Below, in pieces: positions 17,825 through 27,482 of a DNA stretch of 64,000 bases. How positions within the stretch are numbered: the first letter of the stretch is position 1; the number at the start of each line of letters is the position of its first letter. The DNA lies in IMG/VR virus record IMGVR_UViG_3300022866_000322, positions 62,001 to 126,000 of that record; one strand, written 5' to 3'. The translations under genes were made by a program, and so were the position numbers. Under the pieces are notes generated by a model. It made no database searches and was not told the origin of the DNA. It worked only from the letters and a program-made list of their open reading frames with translations.

Positions 17825-18793
17825 ATGACAAGCCAAGTAAACCCAAATAATGTCGACGGTACATATCCGGTCGCTGGTCAAGATAATGACAGCCAAGGTT
17901 TCCGCGATAATTTCACAAACATACGTAACAATCTTACTTTTGCTAAAGCTGAGTTAGAAGACTTACAAAACAAAGCAGTACTAAAGTCTGCTTTAACCAA
18001 TACCACGCTCAGTAATGATCTGGCTGGTAATGTTATAACCAACGCCTCATTGACTAGTTGGAGAGAAACATACAATAATGTTGGTTCAGTAAGTGGTGCT
18101 ACTACTATTGATTTTGCTAACGGCAACTATCAAAAGATTACCTTAGGTGGTGCTACAACACTAGCATTTACTTTCCCGTCAAACAGTTCCGGGCAAAAAG
18201 CCAAAATTGCAGTTTGGGTCAATGTAAGCAATATCGCTCATACACTTACACTGCCAGCGGCAGTTTCGTTAGGTGACAAAGATACCGTTGCCGGTATTAG
18301 TGGTAGTGTTATAACATTTAATGCTGACGAGATAGCAAATTCAAATGATTACTTGTTTGAGTTTAGCACAGTTGATGCCGGTACTACAATTGAAATACAA
18401 GATCTAACCAGAAACAGAAACGCAGTAAACAGTGGACTAACCGTAAAAGGTAACCTAACTACCCAAGATGGTACAATTAGTCCAAACTATGCTTACCATA
18501 CAGTTGCAAATGGTGCAAACTTATTTGTTAACAACGAAGTAAGAACCTATCATATTGATACAGCAAATTCCGCAACTATTGCCAATCTTTATGTTACTGT
18601 TCCAACCGTTGCGTTAGACGGTCAAGAACTTACATTGTCTTTCCACTCGAACATTACTACATTAACTGTTCAAAACTTTGCTGGCAACACTGCTGGCGCT
18701 GTTAAGTGGGTAGGAACTGGTACAGCCTTAACTGGCAATGTTGCTGTTAACTTACAATACAGCACTGGTGTAACAGCTTGGTTAAGAACATAA
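17825..18793 (+). CDS. Tail/baseplate structural protein
   Basis: PVAGQDNDSQGFRDNFTNIRNN N-terminus; N/T-rich; last gene of the structural block. Confidence 0.7.
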   Translation: MTSQVNPNNVDGTYPVAGQDNDSQGFRDNFTNIRNNLTFAKAELEDLQNKAVLKSALTNTTLSNDLAGNVITNASLTSWRETYNNVGSVSGATTIDFANGNYQKITLGGATTLAFTFPSNSSGQKAKIAVWVNVSNIAHTLTLPAAVSLGDKDTVAGISGSVITFNADEIANSNDYLFEFSTVDAGTTIEIQDLTRNRNAVNSGLTVKGNLTTQDGTISPNYAYHTVANGANLFVNNEVRTYHIDTANSATIANLYVTVPTVALDGQELTLSFHSNITTLTVQNFAGNTAGAVKWVGTGTALTGNVAVNLQYSTGVTAWLRT

Positions 18794-18812
18794 GTTAATT
18801 TACACAAATCAG

Positions 18813-18842
18813 TTGACTCCTAGTGGTGTTTTAGTATATACT
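18813..18842 (+). promoter_or_regulatory. sigma70 promoter
   Basis: TTGACT, 18 nt, TATACT, at the boundary after the structural block. Confidence 0.65.
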
Positions 18843-18867
18843 ATTGCATAACTAGGAGTTTTCTTTT

Positions 18868-19275
18868 ATGCAAATTGATTTGAACAAGTATCAAGACTTT
18901 GTTCGTGAAGTAACTTCAGCAGAGTCAAACTATCCAGACAAGTTAGTAGAACGGCTGACTGACATTAATACCAATACAACAGTTAATCCAAGTTTGTTGT
19001 TAACAGCCGCAATGGGGTTGGCCGCAGAGTGTGGCGAATTTACAGAAATACCCAAAAAGATTGTGTTCCAGGGCAAACCAGTAAACGAAGAAAACATCTT
19101 TCACATGAAACGTGAACTAGGTGATATCATGTGGTATTGGATTAATGCTTGCAGAGCGTTGAACTTAGATCCAAATGATGTGATTGCAGAAAATGTAAAT
19201 AAATTAAAAGCACGTTACCCCGGTGGTGAGTTTGATGCATTTCATTCTGAAAACCGTAAACAAGGTGACTTGTAA
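18868..19275 (+). CDS. MazG-like nucleotide pyrophosphohydrolase
   Basis: GLAAECGEFTEIPKK and KRELGDIMWY all-alpha NTP-PPase motifs; AGGAG SD. Confidence 0.88.
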   Translation: MQIDLNKYQDFVREVTSAESNYPDKLVERLTDINTNTTVNPSLLLTAAMGLAAECGEFTEIPKKIVFQGKPVNEENIFHMKRELGDIMWYWINACRALNLDPNDVIAENVNKLKARYPGGEFDAFHSENRKQGDL

Positions 19276-19289
19276 ACTGGAGATGTATA

Positions 19290-19535
19290 ATGCATCCGCT
19301 GATAGATAAATTAGACGGCCTAAGCGACGAAGAAGTACAGAAAAAACACAGTGATATTATGCAGAGGTTAAACCAAGCATACAGCATGGGCAATCAACAG
19401 ATGATTAACCAATTGAACATGATTATGGAATCATACCAAGATGAGCTGAATAAGCGCAACAAAAAAATGTTGGATGACTTGGCTGGTAAAGACGACAAGT
19501 TCAAAGACTTAATTGATATTGGTAAGAAAAGATGA
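19290..19535 (+). CDS. Hypothetical helical protein
   Basis: GGAG SD; ATGA-coupled to the next gene. Confidence 0.7.
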   Translation: MHPLIDKLDGLSDEEVQKKHSDIMQRLNQAYSMGNQQMINQLNMIMESYQDELNKRNKKMLDDLAGKDDKFKDLIDIGKKR

Positions 19536-20158
19536 ACATATGGCCGAATATTACTTCAGCCAACGACATTCCTGGTTGGACTACGGATGTCCAACATGAA
19601 CTTTATAAAGATGTAGCTAATCTTTTGCCCCAAGTTCCTAATGTATTAGAAATAGGATGTGGGTGGGGCAGAAGTACTTGGGCCTGGCTAAATGTTTTGC
19701 CATCCGACACTAAGTTCTTCATTCTTGACACTTTTGGGTTGACCAACGAGTACTTATTTTTTGCATCGAAATTAATTGATAACAAAGAAGAATTTTATCA
19801 ATATGCTCGATATGTAGAAAAAGAAAATATCCAACATCGTGACATATTTGATAAAATTATTCAACAACACCCAAAGTTTTATTTGATTGAAAAAATCTGG
19901 CAAGAAAATACCATAGACTGGTTTGGCGGCAAAGATGTTATAACAGATTGGGATTTAGTTTATTACGATGGAGACCATGATTATCAGGCAGTCAAGGATA
20001 TGCTTAGATTATTTGAACATGTTCCAGTAGTGTGTGGAGATGATTATGCTCCTGATTTTCAAGGCACTATAGACGCCATAACGGAATATGCTAATGAAAA
20101 AACTTGTTCTGTGGAAATATTACCAGGACGTTTTTGGATGATAAAAAATGAAGTATGA
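19532..20158 (+). CDS. Class I SAM-dependent methyltransferase
   Basis: VLEIGCGWGRST, DLVYYDGDHDY, VCGDDY. Confidence 0.85.
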   Translation: MNIWPNITSANDIPGWTTDVQHELYKDVANLLPQVPNVLEIGCGWGRSTWAWLNVLPSDTKFFILDTFGLTNEYLFFASKLIDNKEEFYQYARYVEKENIQHRDIFDKIIQQHPKFYLIEKIWQENTIDWFGGKDVITDWDLVYYDGDHDYQAVKDMLRLFEHVPVVCGDDYAPDFQGTIDAITEYANEKTCSVEILPGRFWMIKNEV

Positions 20159-20660
20159 TAAGTTTGGTGTAGCAGTTGCAGAAGTAGACGAACTATGTGA
20201 CTTGCTATACAAAAATCCACAAGCAAGTATAGAACAAATATTTGTAAATGATCCTGCGCAGTTTAACAGTGCAGTTGATAACTTGTTTGCTGGATTTAAT
20301 AAACTAAAAGAGTACACCAGTACAGATTTAGATGTAGAAGAGTTTGATCGAAAGATGCAAGACAGTTGGGATATGCCTGCAGAGTATCTGAACTTGGATA
20401 TTGCCAAATGGTTAATTGAACAATGTAATACAGATCAAGAAGTAGAACGTGTAGGAAAGGAATTGTTGATGTATCAGGAACGTGGTATGTTTGATTTGTT
20501 AAAACAAATAAAGTATATCATAGACACCTGGAGGAAAAACGATGTTGTTTGGGGAGTGGGCAGAGGTTCAAGTGTAGCCAGTTACGTACTGTATTTGTTA
20601 GGCGCCCACAAGATAAACAGTATAAAGTATAATCTCGACATCCACGAATTCTTACGGTAA
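20148..20660 (+). CDS. Stand-alone fragment homologous to DNA polymerase III alpha (DnaE)
   Basis: ERVGKELLMYQERGMFDLL...WGVGRGSSVASYVLYLLGAHKINSIKYNLDIHEFLR parallels the DnaE GPGRGSAAGSLVAY...FL segment; ORF ends before the catalytic PDxD. Confidence 0.75.
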   Translation: MKYDKFGVAVAEVDELCDLLYKNPQASIEQIFVNDPAQFNSAVDNLFAGFNKLKEYTSTDLDVEEFDRKMQDSWDMPAEYLNLDIAKWLIEQCNTDQEVERVGKELLMYQERGMFDLLKQIKYIIDTWRKNDVVWGVGRGSSVASYVLYLLGAHKINSIKYNLDIHEFLR

Positions 20661-20684
20661 ATATCAGCGCATAAGGAGATAAAA

Positions 20685-21095
20685 ATGCCAAAAGTATACA
20701 GAACAGCAAACGGAAAACAAGTTAACATGGATTCACTGTTGGCTGCAAACGAAAGCGAAATAGCGATAGGCAATATGGGTATCAATGCCAGAGGAGACCA
20801 ACTGGGCCCAGGTGGTGTAATAGAAAAAACCAAAGACAAGGTAATGCAGGACTATTACAAATTAAATACGCCTGTAGCAACGGATAATCCTCCACAACCA
20901 AAAGAACCTGTAAACAATAAAAAAGAACTAGTAGATGATTGGGTAGAACCTGCACCAGACGTAACGCCAGAGGAACCCAAAACCAGACCAATGATTAGAG
21001 GTAGTCTTGCATCAGCAGTTACAGAAACTAAAGCAGATCAAGATCTGGTACCAAAGAAACCAGAGCCACCAAAGAAAAAAGTTAGTCGATTTTAA
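20685..21095 (+). CDS. Hypothetical protein, Pro/Lys-rich C-terminus
   Basis: GTAAATA motif at 20657 and AAGGAG SD. Confidence 0.75.
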   Translation: MPKVYRTANGKQVNMDSLLAANESEIAIGNMGINARGDQLGPGGVIEKTKDKVMQDYYKLNTPVATDNPPQPKEPVNNKKELVDDWVEPAPDVTPEEPKTRPMIRGSLASAVTETKADQDLVPKKPEPPKKKVSRF

Positions 21096-21159
21096 GTGAA
21101 TCTATTACAAACTTACATTAGTTAAATTTATTACAACATAACTCAATAAGGAAATACAC

Positions 21160-21579
21160 ATGGCAGTAGAGAATCCATTCGATCAAAACATTGGATATCA
21201 ATTTCGTCTCGACTTCGAAGGCAAGACAATTAAACCGCTACACAACAATATAATTGTTCGTGATATGAGCTTCGAAGGACGTACACTAGACAGTGGTATT
21301 GTGCTATTAGGTGATGACGGCAAAACAGATGGTATACGTCCACGTTGGGCAAAGGTATATGCTGTGGGCCCAACACAAACAGAGATCACCGTGGGACAGT
21401 GGGTACTATTAGAACACGGACGATGGAGTCGTGGTATTAAGATTGCAAAAGACGGTGAAGAATTTACTATACGTAGAGCTGATCCAGATGCAATCATGAT
21501 GGTCAGTGACGAAGAGCCTAATTCAGAATCAATTGCAAACTCTGTACATGCAGAACGCAAAACTAGAGACTACGCATAG
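21160..21579 (+). CDS. groES: GroES-like co-chaperonin (T4 gp31-like)
   Basis: IKPLHNNIIV, TLDSGIVL mobile loop, AKVYAVGP, VGQWVL. Confidence 0.8.
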   Translation: MAVENPFDQNIGYQFRLDFEGKTIKPLHNNIIVRDMSFEGRTLDSGIVLLGDDGKTDGIRPRWAKVYAVGPTQTEITVGQWVLLEHGRWSRGIKIAKDGEEFTIRRADPDAIMMVSDEEPNSESIANSVHAERKTRDYA

Positions 21580-21592
21580 CGTGAGTGGAGCG

Positions 21593-21841
21593 ATGATTAT
21601 AGATTGGAGTGTAGAAAAGATTACACACGAACTTAGGAAATGCAACCGTGCAATGCACGACAAGTATGCAACAGGATTTGAAACTTGGGGTTGCAAACAA
21701 GACCTATATCGTGTAAAATTTATACTAGATGAAATGCTAGAAGAAGCGTCCACTTATACTGGAGAACAGGAGTGGCTCGACGAAATGGAAAAGGAAAAAG
21801 TATGGCGAACGCTAAAAAAACAAAACACCCAGACCCGGTAA
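21593..21841 (+). CDS. Hypothetical protein
   Basis: GGAG SD before ATG 21593 (MIIDWSVEK...). Confidence 0.65.
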   Translation: MIIDWSVEKITHELRKCNRAMHDKYATGFETWGCKQDLYRVKFILDEMLEEASTYTGEQEWLDEMEKEKVWRTLKKQNTQTR

Positions 21842-21978
21842 AACACAAAAACATCAGTTTTGCTAAAAGCGCAATTAGAATTGTTGCTGGTCTATTCTTG
21901 ATGAGTGGACAAGTTTGGTGGGCAGGTGCAGGATTTGTAGTAGCAGAATTATTGGGCGTATATGAGGAAATGGTATAA
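21802..21978 (+). CDS. Small membrane protein
   Basis: AAGGA SD; hydrophobic C-terminus; TAATG overlap with the next gene. Start uncertain (21772 or 21802). Confidence 0.55.
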   Translation: MANAKKTKHPDPVKHKNISFAKSAIRIVAGLFLMSGQVWWAGAGFVVAELLGVYEEMV

Positions 21979-22778
21979 TGCAGTTGGACTTTGGTCTAAA
22001 GAAGTGTTATCGCCTCAGTCTTGAAGACTATGGCTACCCAGGAGACGTTTGCTACTGGCTACGTATGGATCACTTTAAAGACGGCAGTCCAGAATGGCAA
22101 GTGCTGTTTGAATACTACATGCGACAGCAACATTGGGACAAGTGGATTACTCCTGGCATGACCTGTATTGACATCGGTGGACATAGTGGCGACACTGCTG
22201 TACCAATGGCAGTTCTCAGTCGCGGCACAGTGTTGAGCAGTGAGCCGAATCCAACCATTTATCCATACCTGGAAATGAACTGTAGAATGAATGATCACTT
22301 GGCAACTATGATACCAGTTATGGATGCAGTGTCTAGTAGTAATGAGGCCATGGTTACTTTTGGTGACCATCAAAACATGATGTGCAATGGAGGAATTGTC
22401 AAGCAGGCTGATCTAGGAACACAGCAGAACATAGATAAGAAAACAGGTGACACAATTCAGGTCAGTACCATGACACTGGAAACAATGCTTAATCAGCATC
22501 TAACCAAAGAACAACAAGACGCAATTGGATTTATCAAAACAGATACAGAGGGACATGATATCGAAATCATTGCAAGCAGTAGAGATATTCTGTTAAAGTA
22601 TAAACCTGTGCTGTTCACTGAATGGTTTTCGTCATACAGTCCGTGGGCCAGCAAAAAACTGTTTGAAACCATTGAAGATTGTGGATACGTAGCATTCAAC
22701 CCTGAAACCATGGCAGAAGTAGATCCTAGCACACGCACTTGCGAAGACTTGCTCTGCTTACATAAAGATAACTTATGA
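21978..22778 (+). CDS. FkbM-family methyltransferase
   Basis: CIDIGGHSGDT, SEPNP, FIKTDTEGHDIEII, LFTEW. Confidence 0.88.
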   Translation: MQLDFGLKKCYRLSLEDYGYPGDVCYWLRMDHFKDGSPEWQVLFEYYMRQQHWDKWITPGMTCIDIGGHSGDTAVPMAVLSRGTVLSSEPNPTIYPYLEMNCRMNDHLATMIPVMDAVSSSNEAMVTFGDHQNMMCNGGIVKQADLGTQQNIDKKTGDTIQVSTMTLETMLNQHLTKEQQDAIGFIKTDTEGHDIEIIASSRDILLKYKPVLFTEWFSSYSPWASKKLFETIEDCGYVAFNPETMAEVDPSTRTCEDLLCLHKDNL

Positions 22779-23695
22779 AAGAACTTTGGACTGAAAAATA
22801 TAGACCCAACACACTAGATGGTTATGTGTTTACTGATCCTAACACCAGGGAACAGATTGAATACATGGTTAAAGAAAAATCAATCCCACACTTGTTGTTG
22901 ACTGGTCCTGCTGGTACTGGCAAAACAACACTAGCAAAAATTCTAGTTAACGTGTTGGACATTGATGATTATGACTTCTTACAGGTCAACGCAAGTAGAG
23001 ACAATGGTGTAGACTTTTTGAAGAGCAAGATTGAGGGCTTTGTTAGCACACTGCCGTTTGGCGAATTGAAGATTGTGCTGTTAGATGAGGCAGACTATTT
23101 GTCGCACAATGCACAAGCAATCTTGCGTGGACTTATGGAAACATATCAAAGTCAGGCAAGATTTATACTTACTGCCAACTTGGCACACAAGATCATTACG
23201 CCACTGAAAAGCAGAAGCACACAGATTGTTATAGACAAAACAGACACAACAGAGTTTACAACAAGAGCCGCACAGGTACTGTTAGGCGAAGGCGTTGAGT
23301 TTGACATCGATACGCTGGACAGCTATGTAAAAGCAACATATCCAGACTTGCGAAACTGTTTGAAGATGTTACAAATGAACAGTGTAACTGGTAAACTGAT
23401 TATTAACAACAGCAAGGACAGTGGCACCGGTGATTACAAACTGGAAGTTGTTGAACTGTTCAAAGCAGGTAAGATTAGAGAAGGCAGGCAGAAACTGTGT
23501 GCTAGTGCCAGTGCAGATGAAATGGAAGAACTGTTTACTTGGATGTATCAGAACTTGGAACTGTGGAGTGCTACTCCAGAAGGACAAGATGAAGCTATAC
23601 TGGCAATACGCAAGGGTGCAGTGAATCACAGTCTGGTTGCAGACTTTGAAATCAATTTAAGTGCAACACTAACGGAATTAGGTCAAATATCATGA
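22775..23695 (+). CDS. Clamp loader small subunit (RFC/T4 gp44-like)
   Basis: LWTEKYRP, GPAGTGKT, NASRD, LDEADYL, PLKSRS. Confidence 0.92.
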   Translation: MKELWTEKYRPNTLDGYVFTDPNTREQIEYMVKEKSIPHLLLTGPAGTGKTTLAKILVNVLDIDDYDFLQVNASRDNGVDFLKSKIEGFVSTLPFGELKIVLLDEADYLSHNAQAILRGLMETYQSQARFILTANLAHKIITPLKSRSTQIVIDKTDTTEFTTRAAQVLLGEGVEFDIDTLDSYVKATYPDLRNCLKMLQMNSVTGKLIINNSKDSGTGDYKLEVVELFKAGKIREGRQKLCASASADEMEELFTWMYQNLELWSATPEGQDEAILAIRKGAVNHSLVADFEINLSATLTELGQIS

Positions 23696-24039
23696 AAGGC
23701 ATATTTTTAATAGCAAAGTACACACAAAGACCAAAGAATCCTAATATGACACACCTCAAAGGTTATATGCAGGACCCAGGCAACTGGCAATGGGACGAGC
23801 AAGTGCAGGTTGCTAACAAGGTTAGAACCAAAGACCTAATAGGGTCGCAGGTTGTTCTTAATCTAATAGACGGAGAAGTTGTGCGCAACAGTTTAAGCAC
23901 TACCAAAGACTTTCCGTCCTTGTTCCAACATTACTATAAAGACTACACGCAGTACATACACGATGCAGTCAAGTCGATCAATCCTAACTTAGAACTAGTA
24001 GTACCGGAAGCCCAAGATGAAAAAGTTGCAACTGAGTGA
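23692..24039 (+). CDS. Hypothetical protein
   Basis: ATGA-coupled ORF. Confidence 0.7.
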   Translation: MKGIFLIAKYTQRPKNPNMTHLKGYMQDPGNWQWDEQVQVANKVRTKDLIGSQVVLNLIDGEVVRNSLSTTKDFPSLFQHYYKDYTQYIHDAVKSINPNLELVVPEAQDEKVATE

Positions 24040-24340
24040 TGCTGGTGACAGAGGATGGTTTATTGGGGACTTCGAAAAAGCACTAGTTCGTACAAAGGAC
24101 TTTGAAGCATGCTGGCAAGAGAATCCTGCAGGCAAAGTGGACACTCCGCACAAGCACAAAATAATAACAGAACTACAATTGGTCACTGAAGGACTAATGA
24201 TAATTAACGATGTAGCGTTCGGTCCTGGCGATGTTTATCTAAGCGAACCTGGAGAAGAATACAGAGCTTACTACATTAAAGATACCAAAGTAGTAGCAAT
24301 TAAGTTCCCTAGTATACCCGACGATAAATATCTTATATGA
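24017..24340 (+). CDS. Cupin-fold protein (possible sugar epimerase/isomerase)
   Basis: RGWFIGDF...HKHKIITE...GDVYLSEPGE cupin-like pattern. Confidence 0.65.
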   Translation: MKKLQLSDAGDRGWFIGDFEKALVRTKDFEACWQENPAGKVDTPHKHKIITELQLVTEGLMIINDVAFGPGDVYLSEPGEEYRAYYIKDTKVVAIKFPSIPDDKYLI

Positions 24341-24573
24341 GCGACATGTTTAAAGTTATGCGAGCAAAGAAAAAGCGTCCCGTGGACCCTAATGCTCCGC
24401 CTCGTCCTAATCTACTAAGTCAAGATAAAAAACTTAGAGAGCAGGAACAAACAGTGCAACATCTACATTCAGAAGTTTCGTATCTAAAAGATAAACTCAG
24501 TAGTTTGGAAATAAAACTACGAACTCAAGACAATCTAGTTTCACAAATGCTTTCAAGATTAATGAAGAAATGA
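24337..24573 (+). CDS. Hypothetical coiled-coil protein
   Basis: Heptad pattern; ATAAATA 6 nt before the ATG. Confidence 0.7.
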   Translation: MSDMFKVMRAKKKRPVDPNAPPRPNLLSQDKKLREQEQTVQHLHSEVSYLKDKLSSLEIKLRTQDNLVSQMLSRLMKK

Positions 24574-25091
24574 ATTCACTTTATATCGATATGGACGGTG
24601 TGGTCGCAGACTTTGACCGTTATGCACATCAAAAACTAGGAATTGGACCTAGTGAAGGGAAATACCCACAAAACGTGTGGAAAGTACTGATAGAGAACCC
24701 TAGACTATATAGGGATTTAAAACCCACTCCTTATGCTACAGAATTATACGATTTGTGCCACAAAACAGCAAAAAAACTAGACTATAGGGTCGCTTTTTTA
24801 ACTGCTATACCCAGGAAGAATGATGTACAGTACGCTATGTATGATAAGGTAAACTGGGTCCAAAAGAATTTTCCAGACACTCCTGTGTTCTTTGGACCTT
24901 ATAGTAGAGACAAACAGAATCATTGTCGTACTGGTGACATCTTAATTGACGATAGATCAGATAACATTCAAGAATGGAAAGACGCGGGTGGTGTTGGGAT
25001 ACTGCACAAGGACTACGACGTCACTGTTAAAAAACTAAAAGGTTTTGTGGACTTTCATGCACATTTGCCACAAGTCTCGTTGCAACTGTAG
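24570..25091 (+). CDS. HAD-family 5'(3')-deoxyribonucleotidase-like
   Basis: YIDMDGVVADF, FLTA, ILIDDR, AGGVGILH. Confidence 0.88.
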   Translation: MNSLYIDMDGVVADFDRYAHQKLGIGPSEGKYPQNVWKVLIENPRLYRDLKPTPYATELYDLCHKTAKKLDYRVAFLTAIPRKNDVQYAMYDKVNWVQKNFPDTPVFFGPYSRDKQNHCRTGDILIDDRSDNIQEWKDAGGVGILHKDYDVTVKKLKGFVDFHAHLPQVSLQL

Positions 25092-26050
25092 ATCCTACCT
25101 TCTTTAATAGAGTCTATCTTCCAGGACTCTTCAATTTTTATAAACCAGTTAATTGCATTTTCTATGCCAATCTCATTAGCATTATTATTTTCTAATATTT
25201 TTCTTAACTGAACGTTACTAGGATTGCCTGTGTTGTTACGTGGATAAAACCCTAACCAACAACATGGGTATACTTCCCCGGTTGCTGTTATGTATATTTC
25301 GTTATTATTTTTTGCATGACAGTCAATTATAGGTTTTGTAACTGTTTCGGTTAGTGTAATCTCTGGCAGATCGGTATAGTAAACATGTTGTGCATACAAT
25401 TCGTCGAAGTCTGTCGAATCACGATAATCACCAAGCACATGACTTAATTTACCTTCTCTGTTGAATACTGGTCCTACATTGCGGCCAGCATCAGCCACCC
25501 AAAAATGTGCAAAGCCCATATCGTTTGCTAAGGTTTCAGCTAACTCACGTTGATGGACATTATGATCAAATGGGATCCACGCCCACACAGCACGGCCACC
25601 TGCTGATATAAACTTTTTGGCGTTTTCTAATATCAAGTTAAAGTCTGTATATTGTCTGTACAAGTGATGTGTGTCAGCCAACCCATCAATTCTAAAATCA
25701 ACAGTAACACCCAGTTCACCCAATCGAGTCCACCAATTTGGACGACCACTGGCATTGGTACTGATTTCTATTCTCAGTTTTGGATTTGTTTCTTTAAAGT
25801 ATTCAACAATAGCAAGTCCATCACGTGCGGTTATGAAGTCACCATAGTTGCCGTTGATTAACACATTATCTATTTGTTGTAGAAATTGCGGGGTGAAGAT
25901 TGTTTTGGCTTGTACCAAAGTCATATCTGTCACAGGGTAGGTATCTATTATGTCAACCCCGTGAAAGTTACGGGGGCATTCTGGGCAAGCGGCGTTGCAC
26001 CTGGTTGATATTTCCAGGTGCAAACTCCGTATATCTTTATATTCAATCAT
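25055..26050 (-). CDS. Radical SAM protein with C-terminal SPASM/twitch-like domain
   Basis: CNAACPEC, NGNYGD, STNAS, IDG; C-terminal GEVYPCCW...CNETCG; ATAAATA 6 nt upstream on the minus strand. Confidence 0.85.
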   Translation of the reverse strand: MIEYKDIRSLHLEISTRCNAACPECPRNFHGVDIIDTYPVTDMTLVQAKTIFTPQFLQQIDNVLINGNYGDFITARDGLAIVEYFKETNPKLRIEISTNASGRPNWWTRLGELGVTVDFRIDGLADTHHLYRQYTDFNLILENAKKFISAGGRAVWAWIPFDHNVHQRELAETLANDMGFAHFWVADAGRNVGPVFNREGKLSHVLGDYRDSTDFDELYAQHVYYTDLPEITLTETVTKPIIDCHAKNNNEIYITATGEVYPCCWLGFYPRNNTGNPSNVQLRKILENNNANEIGIENAINWFIKIEESWKIDSIKEGRIYSCNETCGKCA

Positions 26051-26070
26051 TCATGATATTTATGATGTAG

Positions 26071-26802
26071 TTACTCCTCTCCGTATAATCTAAGAACTTC
26101 AGCCACAGCAGGATGTCTACGTACATCCGTTACTGCAAACTCTACACCAGCAATATATCGACTTTTAAAGTTTGTCATTAAACTTTGAAAATCCAATAAT
26201 CCGTTGTCCTTGGCCCTACGGTCGGCCTGCTGTGTGTCACCTGTTACAACCATCTTAGAGTTCTCACCTAAACGAGTCAACAGCATCTTCATCTGACTTG
26301 GTGTCGCGTTTTGCATTTCGTCTGCAATAATCCACGAGTTTTTAAATGTCCGTCCTCGCATGTATGCTAGTGGAGCAATCTCTATATACTTTTCTTCTAG
26401 CAAACGGGCTACCTCTTGTGGTCTGTAATACTCTTCTATAATATCAAAAATTGGCCTTGTCCACGGCTCCATTTTTTGGTCCAGTGTGCCTGGTAAGAAT
26501 CCATGTTGCTCATCATCAACACCAACTGCTGGTCTTGTTATAAGAATTTTGGAACACTCACCTGCTCTGAATGCTTTTAGTGCGGCCAATACTGCTAACA
26601 TGGTTTTGCCTGTACCAGCAGGGCCTGACGCAAATACTATTAGACGTTGGTCGTTTTCTAATAGATCTACATATTTTTCTTGGTTAAGTGATTTGGGGAC
26701 TAACTGTATAGGACTTTTTCTTTTTTGATATGACTTGTAATCATTACTTTTGGTATTTGTTACTACCTCTAATTGTACTGCCTTGCGACGTTGTTTACTC
26801 AA
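26071..26802 (-). CDS. phoH: PhoH-family ATPase
   Basis: GPAGTGKT, ITRPAV, GFLPG, PLAYMRGRTF, DEMQN, GDTQQAD, VRRHP; AAGGAGG SD. Confidence 0.95.
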   Translation of the reverse strand: MSKQRRKAVQLEVVTNTKSNDYKSYQKRKSPIQLVPKSLNQEKYVDLLENDQRLIVFASGPAGTGKTMLAVLAALKAFRAGECSKILITRPAVGVDDEQHGFLPGTLDQKMEPWTRPIFDIIEEYYRPQEVARLLEEKYIEIAPLAYMRGRTFKNSWIIADEMQNATPSQMKMLLTRLGENSKMVVTGDTQQADRRAKDNGLLDFQSLMTNFKSRYIAGVEFAVTDVRRHPAVAEVLRLYGEE

Positions 26803-26923
26803 TCTAACCTCCTTGTTGCTTGAAATGTATGGGTTACGGTGTCCGGCCCATAAAAATATTTAACAGTTAGATTTTTTTATTTAATACTACTACATAATAA
26901 TTTAATTCCTGTATAAGTAACGA

Positions 26924-27448
26924 TCACTCACTTGTCCAGACTGCATAGATTCTATTCTTATATCCACTGTCTCGTTTACACACTTCTACACGATAGCCCC
27001 ATTGCGGCGCCATTAGATAGTGATCTACTTCACGCCAAGGATAAAACTGTATCTGGTATTGCATTTGGTTATTGTGGTCGTAGTTGCCAGGATTACACCG
27101 CCAGTATATTCTGGACTTGGGTTTCATTAGCCGCATGATTCTGCCAATCTGATATTCTACCACAGTTTTATCGCCAAAGTTTAAACTGCCCAAACAGAAT
27201 GCAACATCAAAGCGTTGATCTGTATCAAAGAATTCTATTTGTTCTTTGTGGTCTGCGGCATCATTTGCAGGGTCAATACCCACTATGTTTTTAATTAGGT
27301 CTTTGTATGGATGATATCCGCAACCTACGTCAAGTACCCATTCATCGGCTTGTATTTCATTTGCCAAGTTAAAACCTGTTTCACCAAAGCCTGATGTGCT
27401 GGGTTTCCAAACTGACGCAAAATATTCGTTAAGTAATTTTTGATTCAT
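26924..27448 (-). CDS. Class I SAM-dependent methyltransferase
   Basis: VLDVGCG, VGIDP, FDVAFCLGSL. Start probably ATG 27448 (track gives 27454). Confidence 0.8.
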   Translation of the reverse strand: MNQKLLNEYFASVWKPSTSGFGETGFNLANEIQADEWVLDVGCGYHPYKDLIKNIVGIDPANDAADHKEQIEFFDTDQRFDVAFCLGSLNFGDKTVVEYQIGRIMRLMKPKSRIYWRCNPGNYDHNNQMQYQIQFYPWREVDHYLMAPQWGYRVEVCKRDSGYKNRIYAVWTSE

Positions 27449-27476
27449 TGACAATCCTTGATAATTACAGTATACT
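27448..27476 (+). promoter_or_regulatory. sigma70 promoter, probably giving a leaderless mRNA
   Basis: TTGACA, 17 nt, TATACT; ATG 27483 lies 7 nt after the -10 element. Confidence 0.75.
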
Positions 27477-27482
27477 TATATT

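Noticed and set aside
7314-17896. Long minus-strand ORFs inside the structural genes (e.g. 9321-10085, 13105-13818)
   Set aside because: They are antisense shadows of repetitive, codon-biased genes and lack SD sites or motifs.
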